23,382 nt of DNA from positions 1-23,382 of the forward strand of contig NW_021836635.1 in assembly GCF_006345805.1 (NCBI RefSeq), read 5' to 3'. Under the pieces are notes generated by a model. The model had not been told where the DNA came from. It ran no database searches and worked only from the letters and a program-made list of their open reading frames with translations. This document shows positions 20,226 through 23,382 of this stretch, in pieces (positions within the stretch are counted from its first letter, which is position 1; each line of letters opens with the position of its first letter). The stretch comes from Octopus sinensis. Its lineage: Eukaryota. The position numbers were made by a program, and so were the translations under genes.

Positions 20226-22076
20226 GTGGAAATTGAAAAATGTCTGCAACTCTCCCATGAAAAAGAAAGAGCAGACAAAGAAGCCTGGGCTGCAGACAAC
20301 ATAAAATCTAACCCCAGAGCTTTCTACAGGTATGCCAAAGAAACAGCTACGGTGCACTGTAGGATAGGGCCACTCCTTGAAAAGGATGGCACACTCACAG
20401 GAAATCCAATGAGGATAAGGGAAATACTAAATGAGCAATTCAAGAGTATTTTCACTCCACCCCTAGGGCATTTTCAAGTCAGCAATCCAACTGACTTCTT
20501 TACCACTGCAGATATAAAATCAGAGGCAGGGATGATTGATTACATCAATATAAAGGAAGACGATGTAATAAAAGCTATAGATGAAATGAAAACAAACTCA
20601 GCTACTGGCCCCGATGGATTCCCAGCAATCCTTCTAAAAGTATGTAAGAGAGTCCTAGCAAGACCACTGCAGTTCCTCTTTCAGAGCTTCCTTGCAACTG
20701 GTAAACTTCCAAGAAAACTGAAGGAAGGTAAAATATGCCCTATTCATAAAGGAGGTAGTAGAGCGGAGGCCAAGAACTACAGACCTATCTCTCTGACCTC
20801 ACACATCAGCAAGGTCATGGAACGAATAGTCAGAAGGAAACTAATCACCTTCCTTGAAGAAAATGACTTGCTGCCTGACACCCAACATGGTTTCCGACCA
20901 GGAAGAAGCTGCCTAACTCAGCTCCTACAACACTATGACTGGGTGCTGAAACGACTGCTCAACCACTCAAATGTGGAAGTGATATATCTCGACTTTGCAA
21001 AGGCCTTTGATAAAGTCGATCATGGAATGATATGTCACAAACTACGTGATCTTGGCATAGTTGGAAAATTGGGAGAATGGCTTCATGACTTTCTGAAGGA
21101 TAGAAGTCAGGTGGTAGTAGCCAATGGGGCCACTTCCATTAACACGCAAATAGTGAGCGGTGTTCCGCAAGGCACTGTTTTGGGACCACTACTGTTCATA
21201 ATGGCCCTCTCAGACATGCCCTCAGCCACGCAGAGAGCCACAATCACAAGTTATGCAGATGATACAAAAGTTTCACAGGCAATACAGAACCCTGAAGACA
21301 CTATTCACCTGGAATGTGACCTGGACAAAATATGCAAGTGGGCTGAAAAGAATAGCATGCAGTTCAATGCTGAAAAGTTTCAAGCTTTATGCTATCAGCA
21401 TGCAAAACTAAATGCAATACCCAATAAATACACTGGATCTGGAGGGATTGCAATCCCAGAGGCACAAACAGTGCGAGACCTGGGTATTTACATGAGTGAT
21501 GATGCAACCTTTCATGTGCATGTTGCTAAATTGGCAATGAAATATAGGCGGCTGACCGGATGGATTCTTAGAACCTTTAGAACAAGAGACCAGGAAATCA
21601 TGATGGTCCTCTGGAGGACACTTGCCCTAAGCCACTTTGACTATTGCTCTCAGCTTTGGTCACCATCCAGTGTCAAGTTAATCACAGAACTTGAGGCGAT
21701 CCAACGAAGCTATATGAAGAAGATAACCTCTGTGCAGCATATAAGCTACTGGGAAAGACTCAAGAGATTAAGACTCTATTCCTTAGAGCGTAGACGAGAA
21801 AGATATGCCATAATATACATCTGGAAGATCCTAGAAGGACTTGTCCCAAACTTTGGCATCGAGAGTTACACAAATACTAGAACTGGGTGCCACTGCATAG
21901 TGCCAAGGACTCCAAATTTGCCATCAAGATGTAGGACAAGATACTGTGATAGCCTGGGCTTCAAAGGCCCACAGCTCTTCAATATCCCCCCAAAGAACCT
22001 GAGAGACCTGCATGGGGTGGATGCAGATGTCTTTAAAATACAACTGGATCTCTTCCTGTCAGGTGTCCCAGTGTAA
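20226..22076 (+). CDS. Open 616-aa RT-thumb-C-terminal portion of CR1-group LINE ORF2 (not an independent gene)
   Basis: GPDG, NYRPISLTS, QHGFR.GRSC, YLDFAKAFDKV, SGVPQGTVLGPLLF, YADD (21252-21263), DLGI, YCSQLWSP and SYWERLKRL.LYSLERRR. Confidence 0.93.
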   Translation: MEIEKCLQLSHEKERADKEAWAADNIKSNPRAFYRYAKETATVHCRIGPLLEKDGTLTGNPMRIREILNEQFKSIFTPPLGHFQVSNPTDFFTTADIKSEAGMIDYINIKEDDVIKAIDEMKTNSATGPDGFPAILLKVCKRVLARPLQFLFQSFLATGKLPRKLKEGKICPIHKGGSRAEAKNYRPISLTSHISKVMERIVRRKLITFLEENDLLPDTQHGFRPGRSCLTQLLQHYDWVLKRLLNHSNVEVIYLDFAKAFDKVDHGMICHKLRDLGIVGKLGEWLHDFLKDRSQVVVANGATSINTQIVSGVPQGTVLGPLLFIMALSDMPSATQRATITSYADDTKVSQAIQNPEDTIHLECDLDKICKWAEKNSMQFNAEKFQALCYQHAKLNAIPNKYTGSGGIAIPEAQTVRDLGIYMSDDATFHVHVAKLAMKYRRLTGWILRTFRTRDQEIMMVLWRTLALSHFDYCSQLWSPSSVKLITELEAIQRSYMKKITSVQHISYWERLKRLRLYSLERRRERYAIIYIWKILEGLVPNFGIESYTNTRTGCHCIVPRTPNLPSRCRTRYCDSLGFKGPQLFNIPPKNLRDLHGVDADVFKIQLDLFLSGVPV

Positions 22077-22261
22077 CCAACTTCACGACAGGAGGTGCAG
22101 ATGAGGGCAGCTGCATTGAAGTCTCTTATGCACCAAATGGTAATTGCTAAAAAGCATTCGTGAAGTAAAATCATGTAGCAACACCAAATGGCGGTGCCCC
22201 AGCATGGCCACAGCTCGTGAGCTGAAACTAGATAAGATAAAATAAAAAAAAAAAAATAATG

Positions 22262-22881
22262 CTAAATTATTCTCTAGAACAACAGGCACAAGAGACATAA
22301 AGTGTGGTTGCCCTAATTGCAGAACATGTCCCAATCTGTTGGAAGGATCAGAATTCCATTTCAGACAAGGACAAATATTCAAAGTAAAATCTAACTTCAC
22401 TTGCGCCTCCCAAACCTCATTTACGTAATCAGATGCTCAGGCTGCCATCGAAATTATATTGGCTCAATAGGAAAATTTGATTCAAAAGAGATGTATGGTC
22501 CACAGACAACAAATTTCCTCCCCACAATATGACCAAATATACCTCAGTCAACACATTGATGAATGTGCAGAACGATTACAACCACAATTCGAAATTTTCC
22601 CATGTTATCAACTTACCTTCTGGACCTCAACACAAGTAAGACTGAATAAAGAAGCCTCAGTTATCCAAAAATATGAACCCATATTAAAAATAAAGGACCT
22701 ACTGCATCTAATGGAAAATCTAAGCCAGAATAAAGTAGAGAACACAAAAAAATAAAAATTACAAATTTACCTCCCATTACTGCAAGATAAATGAGTGAAC
22801 AATTATCTCCCCTAGCAATTTATCTCTTTCAACTTTGATGAGCAATGCAAAACTGGTCCTTACTTCAATTATGTTGAAAGA
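22262..22881 (+). mobile_element. Penelope-like element, right part (Cys linker, GIY-YIG endonuclease, 3' region)
   Basis: AKLFS..KCGCPNCRTC (22300-22329), FTCASQ/NLIYVIRCSGC..NYIG (22416-22463), then R..VHRQQI..P.Y, HI..C and RL.KE...IQKYEP.L. Two frameshifts. The GIY-YIG motif itself is not shown in the ORF track. Confidence 0.88.
22825..22881 (+). ncRNA. Candidate decayed minimal type I hammerhead ribozyme
   Basis: TTGATGA-GCAATGC-AAAAC-TG-GTC compared with the core CUGANGA-stemII-GAAAC-NN-GUC. It is flanked by the 9-bp complementary arms TCTTTCAAC/GTTGAAAGA and sits at the PLE 3' end. Confidence 0.5.
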
Positions 22882-22891
22882 ACAAAACCTT

Positions 22892-23328
<437 letters not shown>

Positions 23329-23382
23329 CGCAACCAACTAAAAACATAGTGGCGACCCTGAAAAGCCATGGCTTTATGAGGA

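Larger units (their letters stand above)
18789..22257 (+). mobile_element. 5'-truncated CR1-group LINE (ORF1 remnant, APE, RT, 3' UTR, A-rich tail) flanked by an AATG TSD
   Basis: AATG at 18785-18788 and 22258-22261. Removing the insert restores the PLE frame ...KKILT-N-AKLFS. A 3' hairpin CAGCTC-GT-GAGCTG (22211-22224) precedes the A-rich tail. Confidence 0.9.

Noticed and set aside
22211-22231. Hairpin followed by CTAG as a Helitron 3' terminus
   Set aside because: It is on the wrong strand relative to the Rep remnant, has only a 3-nt spacer, is followed by A rather than T, and is fully explained as the LINE 3' end inside the AATG TSD.

Overview
AT-rich, repeat-dense eukaryotic DNA. The repeat families, (ATG)n-tailed RTE ends and long (TA)n tracts suggest an octopod cephalopod; this is an inference from pattern recognition, not a database result. 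The only host gene I can support is a + strand VCPKMT/METTL21D-like lysine methyltransferase. Its last three coding exons are at 5425-5605, 9738-9857 and 10520-10630; the exons carrying SAM motif I appear to lie upstream of the window. Almost everything else is decayed mobile DNA: CR1-group LINE pieces, RTE LINEs with a PHD-like finger inside the RT, tRNA-derived SINEs, a hAT transposase remnant, a Helitron Rep remnant and a Penelope-like element (PLE). The main structural result is a nest at 16.4-22.9 kb. A Helitron Rep (-) abuts a CR1 APE fragment, followed by a PLE that is split in frame by a 3.47-kb CR1-group LINE with an AATG target-site duplication. The PLE GIY-YIG half is followed by what looks like a decayed minimal hammerhead ribozyme. 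Most ORFs in the supplied track are microsatellite or antisense artefacts. I see no convincing new multi-gene system. The best leads are the PHD-in-RT RTE family, the split PLE with its hammerhead, and several junction structures.
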